From contig JQIS01000050.1 of the NCBI GenBank assembly GCA_000830175.1, positions 4,578-68,577 of the forward strand: a DNA stretch of 64,000 nucleotides, in the 5' to 3' direction. Positions 10,423-20,280 of this stretch are shown piece after piece. The position numbers and the translations under genes are program-made. The stretch comes from Sulfurovum sp. FS08-3 (lineage in GTDB: Bacteria > Campylobacterota > Campylobacteria > Campylobacterales > Sulfurovaceae). Numbering within the stretch: the first letter of the stretch is position 1; each line of letters begins with the position of its first letter. Below the pieces are notes generated by a model. That model did not search any database. It was given only the letters and a program-made list of their open reading frames with translations, and had not been told where the DNA came from.

Positions 10423-11529
10423 ATGTTCTTTCAAGGTTACCTTGAAGCCTTGACCGATATAGACGGTGACCAACGGGAATTTGGTGTATCTGTGCGAATG
10501 TTTAACTCCTCCAATCAAGACCATATTCTAGATATTGAAAATGAGTTTAGATACAAACAACCTATTGAAATAATAGAGTCAAAAAAATTTAGAAACTTCT
10601 ATAGTGTGGAGTATATTCTTGATGAATTGATTTTTGTGAAGCTTTTTAATGGGGCTAAAGTTCCCAAAAAAAGTGTGGATAGTTTCCGTCGTTATGTTAA
10701 TTTTCACCTTACCGATTATATTGATTTTGCATTTAATGATGCGAAATATACATTAGGGAGAAAAAAGAGATTTGAAATGATAATGGCAAGAAGCAAGGAT
10801 GCCAATCGAATTCTTTTGGTGATGTCGGCAAAAAATAAAAAACTCATCTTTTGTTTTTATAGAAACAAAAAATATTTTTCCGATAAGGAGTTTGAGAAAT
10901 GGTATCAACAAATTATCCAAAAAGAAGAACAAAGAGAGATAGCTTCTGCCAAAGAAGGGGGCATAAGAGAAACGAAAATCAATAATTTTCTCTATAAAGA
11001 ATACAACAAAAATGAGATTTTGGAATCGGCTTATGAAATTTTTTTGTGTTCGCCGATTAAATCAAAATCAATAGAAACAATCTGTGCTAAAGAGGAGTGG
11101 GAACTTGGTGAGCTTATCCCTTTGTATGCCAAAGGCTTGGATGATATTTATGGTGATAGGCTTAAACCTGTAGAAGAGATAGCCAAAGAACGAGTCATCA
11201 TGAGTCTCTTCAAAGTTGGATATAAAGAAGAATACAAATTTGAAGAACGGCTCAAAGATATGCTCGAAGCCGTGAAAATATATAATCGAAAATTCCAAAC
11301 CAAAAAAAGTCTCAAAAACTATCCTTCTAGCAATCAATATGGCTATGCCATCTCACCTGAAATTCACTATTTTTTGCACTCTTTTCAAGAACAAATTAGC
11401 ACACATAAAAGTGACGAAGTAATTGCCATAGAACTGAAAAAAAAATATAACAAAACAACAATGCAAGAGGTGTGGCACGAGATAAATTCTATGTTGAAAC
11501 AGACAAAAATCAATCACAAAGAGGAGTGA
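10423..11529 (+). CDS. hypothetical protein (AT-rich orphan)
   Basis: Long ORF. The track start (TTG 10366) lies inside the promoter spacer, so ATG 10423 is preferred. I recognised no motif. Confidence 0.5.
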   Translation: MFFQGYLEALTDIDGDQREFGVSVRMFNSSNQDHILDIENEFRYKQPIEIIESKKFRNFYSVEYILDELIFVKLFNGAKVPKKSVDSFRRYVNFHLTDYIDFAFNDAKYTLGRKKRFEMIMARSKDANRILLVMSAKNKKLIFCFYRNKKYFSDKEFEKWYQQIIQKEEQREIASAKEGGIRETKINNFLYKEYNKNEILESAYEIFLCSPIKSKSIETICAKEEWELGELIPLYAKGLDDIYGDRLKPVEEIAKERVIMSLFKVGYKEEYKFEERLKDMLEAVKIYNRKFQTKKSLKNYPSSNQYGYAISPEIHYFLHSFQEQISTHKSDEVIAIELKKKYNKTTMQEVWHEINSMLKQTKINHKEE

Positions 11530-11530
11530 A

Positions 11531-11855
11531 GGGGCTGTTTCCCTTGTTCCCATCAAGAGAGAGTGTGAAATAATAAACCCTTCGACTAGGCTCAGGATGA
11601 ATGGATAATGTAAAATCATTCGTGTCCAGCTTGTCGAAGCACTTTTTTAGCAGTTATTTCGCACTCTCGGGAGAGGTGGAATACATATAAAAGCTAAAAC
11701 AACCTACCAAAACCTCTCCACTTCCACCAAATCTTTTATGCCCTCAATCTCTTGGTTCGTATATTTTATATCTTGTTCTTCTCATTTGGATATTTTAGTA
11801 TAGATTGGCTTATATATGCGTTCCACCTCGGGGAGAGGTGAAACGAGAGAAGATT
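11531..11855. repeat. mosaic of dispersed palindromic repeat modules
   Basis: Modules shared with 18363-18660, e.g. CTCGGGAGAGGTGGAATACATA. AAAGCTAAAACAACCTACCAAAACCTCTCCACTTCCACCAAA is the reverse complement of 18580-18622. Confidence 0.75.
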
Positions 11856-12032
11856 GCGTATGCTTTGAGTCTCTATATTCCTCTTTGAGCTATTTTCTAA
11901 CCAAAAACTAACCACTTTTTGGATAAAATATTTATCTTTATTAAATATTTTTTCTTTGCGTAGAGTGCATTGAAAAAATGTCTCAAATGATATATTTTAC
12001 TATAAATTGAATAGAACAACTGGAGCAAAAAC

Positions 12033-14351
12033 ATGGCTGAATATGGAGCAAGTAATATCAAAGTTCTCAAGGGACTTGAAGCGGTACGCAAACGACCAGG
12101 GATGTACATAGGTGATACCTCGGTTAAAGGGCTTCATCATCTCATTTACGAAGTAGTTGATAACTCCATCGATGAGGCAATGGCGGGGTATTGCGATACC
12201 ATCAAAGTCACCCTTACCAAAGAGGGATCGGCAATTATCGAAGATAACGGAAGAGGAATCCCCGTAGCACTTCATCCTACCGAAAAAATATCCGCCGCTA
12301 CGGTTGTACTCACCGTACTCCATGCGGGTGGAAAATTCGACAAAGATACCTATAAAGTTTCGGGCGGTTTGCACGGGGTTGGGGTTTCGGTTGTCAATGC
12401 CCTATCCAAAGATTTGCGATTGGAGATTTGGCGAGAGGGAAGTATCCACCATCAAAACTTTGCCAAAGGTATTCCTCAAGATGTGTTGTCCATTACAGGT
12501 AGTACCAAAAAAACAGGAACCAAAGTAGAGTTTTGGCCCGATGAGACTATCTTTACGGAGGGCGTAGAGTTTCAATACGATATTCTTGCCAAACGCTTCA
12601 AAGAACTAGCCTACCTCAATCCCAAAATTCAAATTCACTTTCATGATATGCGAAGCAACAAAAAAGAGTCCTATCACTTCGAGGGGGGTATTAGTGAGTT
12701 TGTAGCACATCTCAATACCAAAGAGTCTCTCTCGTCGATTCAATTTTTTACAGGTAGTGCCGATGATATGGAGATGGATATTGCTTTGATGTATTGCGAT
12801 AGCGATATTGACAAGGTAGTATCGTTTGTAAACAACATCAAAACGCCCGATGGCGGGACGCACGAAGCGGGTTTTAGAGCAGGACTTACACGCAGTATCT
12901 CGCAATACATCACCAAAAACGCCAACGCCAAAGAGAAAGCTACCAAAATCACAGGCGACGATACCAAAGAGGGGCTAGTTGCCGTCATTTCCGTACGAGT
13001 ACCCGAACCGCAATTTGAAGGACAAACCAAAGGAAAGTTGGGTTCGAGTTATGTACGCCCACTGGTTCAAAAATTTATCTATGAGCAGTTCAACAAATAC
13101 CTCGAAGAGACACCCCTAGAGGCCAAAAACATTATGGCACACGTCCTACTAGCCGCCAAAGGTAGAGATGCAGCCAAAAGAGCCAAAGAGCTTGTCAAAC
13201 GCAAAGACTCCATGAGTATAGGTACTTTGCCAGGGAAATTGGCGGATTGTCAAAGCAAAGACCCCTCATTGAGTGAAATCTATCTCGTCGAGGGCGATTC
13301 GGCGGGGGGTTCTGCTAAACAAGGGCGTGATAGAGTCTTTCAAGCGATTTTGCCCCTCAAAGGTAAAATTCTCAACGTCGAAAAGGCACGATTGGAAAAG
13401 ATTCTCAAATCCGATGAGATCAAAAACATGATTACTGCTTTGGGGTGTGGGATTGGCGATGAGTTTGATGAGGAGAGGCTTCGATACCACAAAATCATTA
13501 TCATGACCGATGCCGATGTCGATGGAAGCCACATTCAAACTCTTTTGATGACCTTTTTCTTCCGTTTCTTGCGTCCTGTTATCGAAAAGGGATACCTCTA
13601 TTTGGCTCAACCGCCTCTCTATCTCTATCGAAAAGGCAAAAATGAGATCTATCTCAAAGACGACAAAGCCCTCAATGATTTGCTCATCGAACAAGGAATT
13701 TCGGCTATAGAGAGTCACACCATGGGAGATAATGACCTTATTCATCTCTTCAAACTCGTCTCCTACTATCAAATCACCCTGGGCGAACTCGACAAACGCT
13801 ACTCTATCCCCGAACTTATTCGCTACATTGTCGAAAACTCCAATGAAATCCACAGTGAAAACTTTATGGAAAAGATGCCCAAAATCAAATCAATGATTGC
13901 CGATTTGGGCTACAATATCCTCAATGAAGTGCAAAGCGATGAGAGAGTCCATCTCTATGTCCAAACCAACGAGGGGCTAGAGGAGTTTGTACTTGAGGCA
14001 CAACTCTTTGAAAATCCCCACTTCAAAGAGGCGATGAAAATCAACCAAAACATCAAAGAGTTGCTCACCGATGAGTTTATGGACAAAGATTTGGTTGGTT
14101 TGCTCGAAGAGGTCAAAACCCAAGCCAACAAAGGGGTCTATATCCAACGCTACAAAGGTCTAGGGGAGATGAATCCCGAACAGCTTTGGGAGACAACCAT
14201 GAATCCTCAAGATAGAGTCTTGCTAAAAATTAACATTGATGATTATGAGAGTGCTAGTGAAACCTTCTCGCTCTTTATGGGTGATGAGGTCGAACCTCGC
14301 CGAAACTATATCGAAACCCACGCCAAAGATGTCAAACATTTGGATGTCTAA
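12033..14351 (+). CDS. gyrB: DNA gyrase subunit B
   Basis: 772 aa; GHKL ATPase N-terminus, TOPRIM EGDSAGGSAKQGRDR, PLKGKILNVE. Confidence 0.97.
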   Translation: MAEYGASNIKVLKGLEAVRKRPGMYIGDTSVKGLHHLIYEVVDNSIDEAMAGYCDTIKVTLTKEGSAIIEDNGRGIPVALHPTEKISAATVVLTVLHAGGKFDKDTYKVSGGLHGVGVSVVNALSKDLRLEIWREGSIHHQNFAKGIPQDVLSITGSTKKTGTKVEFWPDETIFTEGVEFQYDILAKRFKELAYLNPKIQIHFHDMRSNKKESYHFEGGISEFVAHLNTKESLSSIQFFTGSADDMEMDIALMYCDSDIDKVVSFVNNIKTPDGGTHEAGFRAGLTRSISQYITKNANAKEKATKITGDDTKEGLVAVISVRVPEPQFEGQTKGKLGSSYVRPLVQKFIYEQFNKYLEETPLEAKNIMAHVLLAAKGRDAAKRAKELVKRKDSMSIGTLPGKLADCQSKDPSLSEIYLVEGDSAGGSAKQGRDRVFQAILPLKGKILNVEKARLEKILKSDEIKNMITALGCGIGDEFDEERLRYHKIIIMTDADVDGSHIQTLLMTFFFRFLRPVIEKGYLYLAQPPLYLYRKGKNEIYLKDDKALNDLLIEQGISAIESHTMGDNDLIHLFKLVSYYQITLGELDKRYSIPELIRYIVENSNEIHSENFMEKMPKIKSMIADLGYNILNEVQSDERVHLYVQTNEGLEEFVLEAQLFENPHFKEAMKINQNIKELLTDEFMDKDLVGLLEEVKTQANKGVYIQRYKGLGEMNPEQLWETTMNPQDRVLLKINIDDYESASETFSLFMGDEVEPRRNYIETHAKDVKHLDV

Positions 14352-14354
14352 CCG

Positions 14355-15776
14355 ATGCTACTCTCAACCCTCTTAGAGCGTGAGCGTCGCTTTAAACTCG
14401 CTTTACGGGCGGGTATTCCTGCTCTTTTGTTTATCTTTGTAGTGAGCTATATTGTTTTTATCAAAGATACCAATATTACCATATCGATTCGTGATAGCTT
14501 GATTATGGCGGGGATTGTTTTTGCTACTATCTACTTCATCTACTTTATGCTTGAATTGGCGACTCGGGGTACTTTGCTCGACAAAGAGACGGAGGGGTTT
14601 AATCAAAAAGCCTTTTTAAATGTCATCAAGCACCGCAAACCCAAAAGCATCGCACTATTAGCCATTGGCAATATCGATACCATCAACCAAAATTACGGTT
14701 TGGAGAAGGTTACGATGGTACTCCACGATATTATCGCAGCACTTGATATCTATCTCACCCAACACGGCGTAACCAACACCATCATCGGTCGCTATTCGGG
14801 AACGAAATTTTTAATCGCCCTCAATCGTAATACCCAAGAGATTGAAAACATACTAGAAAGCTACATCAAAGAGTATCATGAGATAGCCCAAATTGAGATT
14901 GATTATATCTTTTCGGTGGTAAGTAGCAGTGAAAACTACACCAAAGATATATTTTTTCTCATCGATTCCATCGCCCACAACGTAGATGAGTCGCAAGGAG
15001 GCTCTAAGGTCATTGTCAAAGATGCCAAACATGAACAAGAGCTAGAAGAGTGGGTACAAGAGGCACTCAACAGTCGCTTTTTATCCTTTAGCTTCCGCCC
15101 GTTGCTCAATAGCTCTACGCAAAAGGTTGATATCTATACCATTACGCCCAAAATGATTCTACGCAACACAACAGAGCTTCAGCCTAGAGAGTATCTTCCT
15201 ATTATTAACCGTCTAGGATTGGGGCAGATTTACGATTTGGCACTCTTCAAACAAGTCGTCGATACCGCTTCGCTTATTGATGATGCTATCTCACTAAGCT
15301 TTAATATCTCCCCTTTTTCGTTGCGTGATCGGGGATTTTTGAAAAATGCTTTTGATTATATGGAAAAAGAGCAGGTAAGCCCCTCTCGTCTCATCCTTGA
15401 AATCTACGAAAAAAACACCCATCACAACCTAAGCAGCTACCTCAAAACACTGCAATTCATTCGAGAAAAAGGGGTGCGTATCACCATTGATAACTTTGGG
15501 TCGTCCAACTCTTCGTTTGATTATATTAAATATTTTAAATTTGATACGGTACAGTTTGATAGAGATTTCGTAAGACGCCTAGACAATCCCAAATCGTTGG
15601 CTCTTTTTACATCGCTTATGAAAATGTGCAAAGATCTCAACATCATCACTATCGCCAAATGGGTCGATGAGGAGAAACAAAAAAACAGGCTTATCGAACT
15701 GGGTATTGACTATATGCAAGGCTACGGAATCCACAAACCCATCTCCAAAAGAGAACTCATCATACAACACCACTAA
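14355..15776 (+). CDS. membrane-anchored degenerate-GGDEF / EAL domain protein
   Basis: N-terminal TM segments; GGDEF position reads RYSGTKFL; EAL-type region LILEIYE, DNFGS, YMQGY. Confidence 0.7.
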   Translation: MLLSTLLERERRFKLALRAGIPALLFIFVVSYIVFIKDTNITISIRDSLIMAGIVFATIYFIYFMLELATRGTLLDKETEGFNQKAFLNVIKHRKPKSIALLAIGNIDTINQNYGLEKVTMVLHDIIAALDIYLTQHGVTNTIIGRYSGTKFLIALNRNTQEIENILESYIKEYHEIAQIEIDYIFSVVSSSENYTKDIFFLIDSIAHNVDESQGGSKVIVKDAKHEQELEEWVQEALNSRFLSFSFRPLLNSSTQKVDIYTITPKMILRNTTELQPREYLPIINRLGLGQIYDLALFKQVVDTASLIDDAISLSFNISPFSLRDRGFLKNAFDYMEKEQVSPSRLILEIYEKNTHHNLSSYLKTLQFIREKGVRITIDNFGSSNSSFDYIKYFKFDTVQFDRDFVRRLDNPKSLALFTSLMKMCKDLNIITIAKWVDEEKQKNRLIELGIDYMQGYGIHKPISKRELIIQHH

Positions 15777-15786
15777 GGAGCAAAAA

Positions 15787-16164
15787 ATGAAATACGGTGA
15801 ACAAGAGATTGTTGAATTTACTATCGATGCCCAAGAGAACTATTGGCCAAATGAACACCCCAAAAACTATCGCATCGATATAGAGTTGCCTGAGTTTATG
15901 TGCAAATGCCCCCGTTCGGGCTATCCAGATTTTGCAACCATCAAACTAAGCTACACTCCAAACGAGAGAGTCATTGAACTCAAAGCCCTCAAACTCTATA
16001 TCAACTCATTTATGAATAGAGAAATATCGCACGAAAACTCTGCCAATGAGATATACGATGCTCTCAAAAGAAATCTCCAACCTAGATGGATGAAGATAGT
16101 AGCTGATTTTAATCCACGAGGCAATGTTCATACGATTATTACGATTGATAGTGACAAAGAGTAA
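15787..16164 (+). CDS. queF: NADPH-dependent 7-cyano-7-deazaguanine reductase
   Basis: CPRSGYPDFATI motif and small QueF length; AAGGAG RBS before the 15787 ATG. Confidence 0.85.
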   Translation: MKYGEQEIVEFTIDAQENYWPNEHPKNYRIDIELPEFMCKCPRSGYPDFATIKLSYTPNERVIELKALKLYINSFMNREISHENSANEIYDALKRNLQPRWMKIVADFNPRGNVHTIITIDSDKE

Positions 16165-16551
16165 CTAGAGCAATCTATCCAAAAGAGCTTGTGGAGGCAA
16201 AGCACACGCCGATTTTTTCAAAAATCTATGGCGGTTTTTTGCTACTCTATCATAAAGAAAATCTCTCACAAAACGAGGAACAACCATCAAAAGATAGAGC
16301 AACTGCCACCCATTGCCAATATCTTTGAGCAGTCGCAATACGCCTGTGCTTTTGGAGTAGAGGTTTTGACCATCGATATAATAAAAGGTGTTGGGGTCGG
16401 GAGTAACTATCCCTTTTTGTGCCAATTTCTCTGCGGCAACAGCACTTTGAAGCGGAGCAAAGTATATCACTCGCTTCTTGTCTATAGCAAAGATAAACTC
16501 TACCGACTGCGAACATATCCCACACTCCCCATCAAAAAGTACGATTTTCAT
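16165..16551 (-). CDS. thiol-disulfide oxidoreductase DCC family protein
   Basis: MKIVLFDGECGIC N-terminus. The upstream part of the 16932 ORF overlaps purH and is rejected. Confidence 0.75.
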   Translation of the reverse strand: MKIVLFDGECGICSQSVEFIFAIDKKRVIYFAPLQSAVAAEKLAQKGIVTPDPNTFYYIDGQNLYSKSTGVLRLLKDIGNGWQLLYLLMVVPRFVRDFLYDRVAKNRHRFLKKSACALPPQALLDRLL

Positions 16552-16738
16552 ATTAGCTCCTTTGGTTTTATTTATTGTAAAATATACAGATGCAATGGCA
16601 TTTAAAGGTGCGTAGCTATAGACGGACATACTTTGCATATTGTAGCCTAAATAGAGCCAAAAATATTTTAGGGTGGTGCTTTTTTTGCGGGAGCATTTAT
16701 AGTATAATTTTAAATTCACTACTATATAAAGGCAAAAT

Positions 16739-18271
16739 ATGAGAGCATTACTAAGTGTAAGCGACAAAGAGGGCATTGTAGAGTTTGCTGCCTCTTTGAT
16801 AGAATTGGGATTTGAAATTATCTCTACGGGTGGTACATTCAAAAAACTTACCGATGCAAAAATCAAAGCAATTGAAATCGATGAGATTACGAAATTTCCC
16901 GAGTGTTTTGAGGGGCGTGTCAAGACGCTCAACCCCTATGTGCACGGAGGGATTTTGTACAAAAGAGGCGTTCAAGCCCACACGAAACAAGCCCAAGAAC
17001 TAGGCGTAGAGGCGATTGATTTGGTTTGCGTAAACCTCTATCCTTTCAAAGCTACCATTGAACGCACCGATGATTTTGAAGAGATTATCGAAAACATCGA
17101 CATTGGTGGGCCTACCATGGTACGCAGTGCGGCTAAAAACTTCCAAGATGTTATCATTGTCACTTCACATTTGGATTATCATAGTGTCATTGATGCCCTC
17201 AAAAACCAAGAAGATAGTTTTGAATTTAGACGCAATTTGATGATAAAAGCCTTTGAACACACCGCTGCTTACGATGCCATGATTGCCAATTATATGAACA
17301 AGCGATTTCATGATGGATTTGGGGATTATCAATTTATTACAGGTAAAAAAGCATTCCAAACACGCTACGGTGAAAATCCACACCAAAAAGGTGCATTGTA
17401 TGAATTTGACAATCACTTCACTCGCCACTTCAAACAACTCAAAGGCGAAGCGAGTTTTAACAATATCAACGATGTTAATGGAGCATTAAAAATCGCTTCA
17501 AGCTTTGGCGATGAGAATGCTGTGTGCATTGTCAAGCACGGTAACCCTTGCGGATTTGCCATCAAATCAACGCTAATAGAGAGCTATGAAGAGGCTCTTA
17601 AGTGTGACCCCGTATCGGCTTTTGGTGGTGTAGTGGCTGTTAATGGTGTCGTCACGCAAGAGTTGGCTACCAAAATGAATGAGATTTTTTTGGAAGTTGT
17701 TATTGCTGCCGATTTTGAACCAGAGGCTCTTGAGGTTTTTGATAGTAAAAAACGCATCAAACTCTTTGCACAAGGGGGCAAAAAGCTTGTGATGAGCCAC
17801 GATACGCACGATTTCAAGCACGTCGATGGGGGATTTGTCTATCAAAACAGTGATTGCATTTGCGACAATGAAGTCCACAACGCTCACCAAAAATCGACTC
17901 TCAAAGCCTCACCGCAAGAGAAAAAAGATTTGGAGATTGCATGGAAAGTAGCAGGACTTACCAAATCAAACTGCGTCGTTTATGTCAAAAACAGTGCCAT
18001 GGTAGCGGTGGGAATGGGAATGACAAGCCGAGTTGATGCCGCTCAATGTGCGTTGAAAAAAGCCAAAGCAATGGGGCTTGATGTGAGTGGAAGTGCTATG
18101 GCAAGTGAAGCCTTTTTCCCTTTTAGAGACTCCATCGATGCAGCAGCACAAGCAGGAGTGAAAGCCATTATCGAACCAGGTGGAAGTATCCGTGACGATG
18201 AAGTAATCCAAGCTGCCAACGAACACGGCATTGCACTCTACTTTACAACCGTAAGACACTTTTTGCATTAA
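16739..18271 (+). CDS. purH: bifunctional AICAR formyltransferase / IMP cyclohydrolase
   Basis: 510 aa; [18 protein letters not shown]-terminus, YGENPHQ motif. Confidence 0.95.
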   Translation: MRALLSVSDKEGIVEFAASLIELGFEIISTGGTFKKLTDAKIKAIEIDEITKFPECFEGRVKTLNPYVHGGILYKRGVQAHTKQAQELGVEAIDLVCVNLYPFKATIERTDDFEEIIENIDIGGPTMVRSAAKNFQDVIIVTSHLDYHSVIDALKNQEDSFEFRRNLMIKAFEHTAAYDAMIANYMNKRFHDGFGDYQFITGKKAFQTRYGENPHQKGALYEFDNHFTRHFKQLKGEASFNNINDVNGALKIASSFGDENAVCIVKHGNPCGFAIKSTLIESYEEALKCDPVSAFGGVVAVNGVVTQELATKMNEIFLEVVIAADFEPEALEVFDSKKRIKLFAQGGKKLVMSHDTHDFKHVDGGFVYQNSDCICDNEVHNAHQKSTLKASPQEKKDLEIAWKVAGLTKSNCVVYVKNSAMVAVGMGMTSRVDAAQCALKKAKAMGLDVSGSAMASEAFFPFRDSIDAAAQAGVKAIIEPGGSIRDDEVIQAANEHGIALYFTTVRHFLH

Positions 18272-18280
18272 TCTACTAAT

Positions 18281-18660
18281 ATTGCGCACTTGCTCAACAA
18301 ATCATCTTTGAGCAAGTCATTGCAAGGTGTGAAGCAATCCACAATGTTTGAGATTGCTTTTCTCGTTCCACCTCTCTCGAGACTATGAAATAACTGCCAA
18401 AAAGTGCTTCACAAACTCTCCCGAGGTGGAATACATACGACAACTTGCATACAAAAATGACATAATCGTGCTATAGTCACCCCATGGGACGAAGCAGATA
18501 CAAAATATATGAACCGACACATCCGCATTGTGTTACTTGTACAGTGTTGCATTGATTACTGATATTTAGAAGAAAAAGGTTTGGTGGAAGTGGGGAAGTT
18601 TTAGTGGGTTGTTTTAGCTTTTGTATGCATTCCACCTCGGGAGAGGTGGAACGAGGAAGG
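18281..18660. repeat. mosaic of dispersed repeat modules at the left edge of the accessory island
   Basis: 18281-18362 matches 32650-32729. 18425-18497 is a reverse-complement partial copy of 25113-25187. TTCCACCTCGGGAGAGGTGGAA palindrome at 18630-18651. Confidence 0.8.
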
Positions 18661-18897
18661 TGGTTTTGAGTTGTGGGATATTAGCATGGAGGGATAAAGT
18701 GACAAAAAGGAGGAAGAGAGTTTTTAGCATAATCATATTCACTTCTCCTTTTTTGCCATCTGTCGATGGATTCATATGTTTATTTGATTTGATGTTGGGT
18801 ATGGGTTACCATCGGGGACGATGGGAACCAGTTAAAGCAGAATTAGTTTTATTATTTTCATGGGCTTCTACTTTTCATCTAAATTATTGAGTGAGAA

Positions 18898-19296
18898 TCA
18901 AACTCTATCATTTAACTCAAGTACTTCTTTTTCCCAAGCTTTATAATCTTGAGTTTCGCTCCAAAGCTCTTTAAGTTCGCTATTGTCACTTAAAATAATT
19001 TTGAGTGCTTTTTTCGCTTTTTCTTTCAAGATTTGTGGTACTTCTTGAGGATGTTGTTTGACCCAATTATTCACATCCTCTGCGTACTCTTCATTTTCAC
19101 CAAAGCTACCTTGTAATCTTGCTAAAACTTCTATAGCAACTAACGCTTCTTCGGCTTGATATGATTCTATATATTCCTCTTGCAAAAGATTATCTATAGT
19201 TTGTTCTACCAAAGAGAGATCATCGCTCGCTTCAAGTTCAAAAACCCAGTCCAGTGCCGTATCGTTATCAAAGTTTCCTGCTCCCCATGTTCCCAT
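18898..19296 (-). CDS. DUF4259-like protein
   Basis: N-terminus MGTWGAGNFDNDTALDW matches my memory of the DUF4259 signature. Confidence 0.6.
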   Translation of the reverse strand: MGTWGAGNFDNDTALDWVFELEASDDLSLVEQTIDNLLQEEYIESYQAEEALVAIEVLARLQGSFGENEEYAEDVNNWVKQHPQEVPQILKEKAKKALKIILSDNSELKELWSETQDYKAWEKEVLELNDRV

Positions 19297-19306
19297 TTCT
19301 CTGCTC

Positions 19307-19891
19307 CTAATCTATTCTTAAATCAAATTCAATATTTGGATTTTCTTTTTGAAGTTGTTTGATATATTTTTTTGATTCTTGTAATTCCTCTTTAGTATTA
19401 AATCCTCTACTCATCAATATCATACATCTCGTTAAACGCTCAAACTTTTGGAAGTCAATATCATGTAAATCATACATCGTCACTTCAAGCTTTTCCAAGT
19501 TTTTTAAAGTTGTAATATTTTTATACTCTTGTTTTTTAAAGTATTTCAAGCATTTTAAAATTCTAATATTGTCTAAATTGTCAAAAATTTCAAGTAATGA
19601 TATCTGCAATTCTCTAGAATATCCTTTGATCCACAAGGTGTCTATATCATTATATTTTTTTAACAACGAATTAACAACCTTATCATTTTCAATAGCAAAG
19701 TTTTCTGTATATGTATCTTGAAAAAAAACATCTATATATTTTTCACCTTTATATCCTATACATTGTGCATACACAAGAGGATCTTTCCAAATTTCAAATA
19801 TAAAATTTTCATTTTCTTCAACCATGTCTATAAAATCATTCTCATAATCTGACAACATTTTTCTTGCTAGTTTTGTCTCTTCACTTAACAT
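19307..19891 (-). CDS. hypothetical protein with a leucine-rich-repeat-like C-terminal half
   Basis: AT-rich ORF 10 nt upstream of the DUF4259 gene; LxxLxL periodicity (NLDNIRILKCLKYF, LKNLEKLEV). Confidence 0.5.
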   Translation of the reverse strand: MLSEETKLARKMLSDYENDFIDMVEENENFIFEIWKDPLVYAQCIGYKGEKYIDVFFQDTYTENFAIENDKVVNSLLKKYNDIDTLWIKGYSRELQISLLEIFDNLDNIRILKCLKYFKKQEYKNITTLKNLEKLEVTMYDLHDIDFQKFERLTRCMILMSRGFNTKEELQESKKYIKQLQKENPNIEFDLRID

Positions 19892-19892
19892 A

Positions 19893-20144
19893 TCAACCCT
19901 TACATTTTTTTCTAATATTATCTTTTAGTTCTTCAAATAACTTCGGTCTTCCACCCATAGGTGTTCGTTTATTAGCATTTGCTTCGCTTTTTGCACCCCC
20001 TAGTGCTTCTAAGATAATCTGCTCAACCACTTCTCTCTCAGACTTATTAAAACCTTTGAGACCAATTCTAAGCAATAAATCGCTAGCTTCATCTGCAATT
20101 TTTCCTGCGTATTTATGTTGTCTCAGTCTTTCTCTCGTTCCCAT
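19893..20144 (-). CDS. small hypothetical protein
   Basis: ORF 1 nt upstream of 19891, but its start codon and first codons lie inside a dispersed repeat. Confidence 0.3.
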   Translation of the reverse strand: MGTRERLRQHKYAGKIADEASDLLLRIGLKGFNKSEREVVEQIILEALGGAKSEANANKRTPMGGRPKLFEELKDNIRKKCKG

Positions 20145-20268
20145 CGTCTCGATGGGAATGCATACTCAAACCCCAATCTACCAAAATCTCTTAATCTCTA
20201 TCAACCCATCCATTCTCTGCTTCGTCCCATGGGGTGATTATGGCGCGATTATGTCATTTTTGTATGCA
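20131..20268 (+). repeat. about 140-bp dispersed element headed by a TTCCCATCG-TCTC-GATGGGAA hairpin (copy 1)
   Basis: Near-identical to 25029-25166; its distal part recurs inverted at 18425-18497. Confidence 0.85.
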
Positions 20269-20280
20269 ACGAGGAAGCCT

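Noticed and set aside
10375-10520. Retron-like msr/msd ncRNA (flanking 9-bp inverted repeat plus promoter)
   Set aside because: No reverse transcriptase (no YxDD-type motif) is in the downstream ORF or nearby. The 5' arm of the repeat overlaps the -10 box and would largely not be transcribed.
11531-11855. Possible CRISPR array (also 18363..18660)
   Set aside because: The palindromic units are not identical, occur in both orientations and are irregularly spaced. There are no uniform spacers and no cas genes in the window.
16552-16738. ZTP (pfl) riboswitch upstream of purH
   Set aside because: I looked for the conserved GGGTCGTGAC...CCGGGCGGA...CCGCCTGGGC-type blocks and found none.
16552-16932. 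N-terminal 127 codons of the 255-aa minus-strand ORF 16165..16932
   Set aside because: They overlap the purH 5' end and its upstream region. The recognisable DCC-family protein begins at MKIVLFDGECGIC (ATG 16551), and the extension has no coding-like features.
18621-18890. 89-aa ORF, and similarly ORFs 19864..20295 and 25026..25217
   Set aside because: They are translated almost entirely from dispersed repeat modules or from the antisense of other genes. There is no RBS, and the same 'protein' would recur wherever the repeat occurs.
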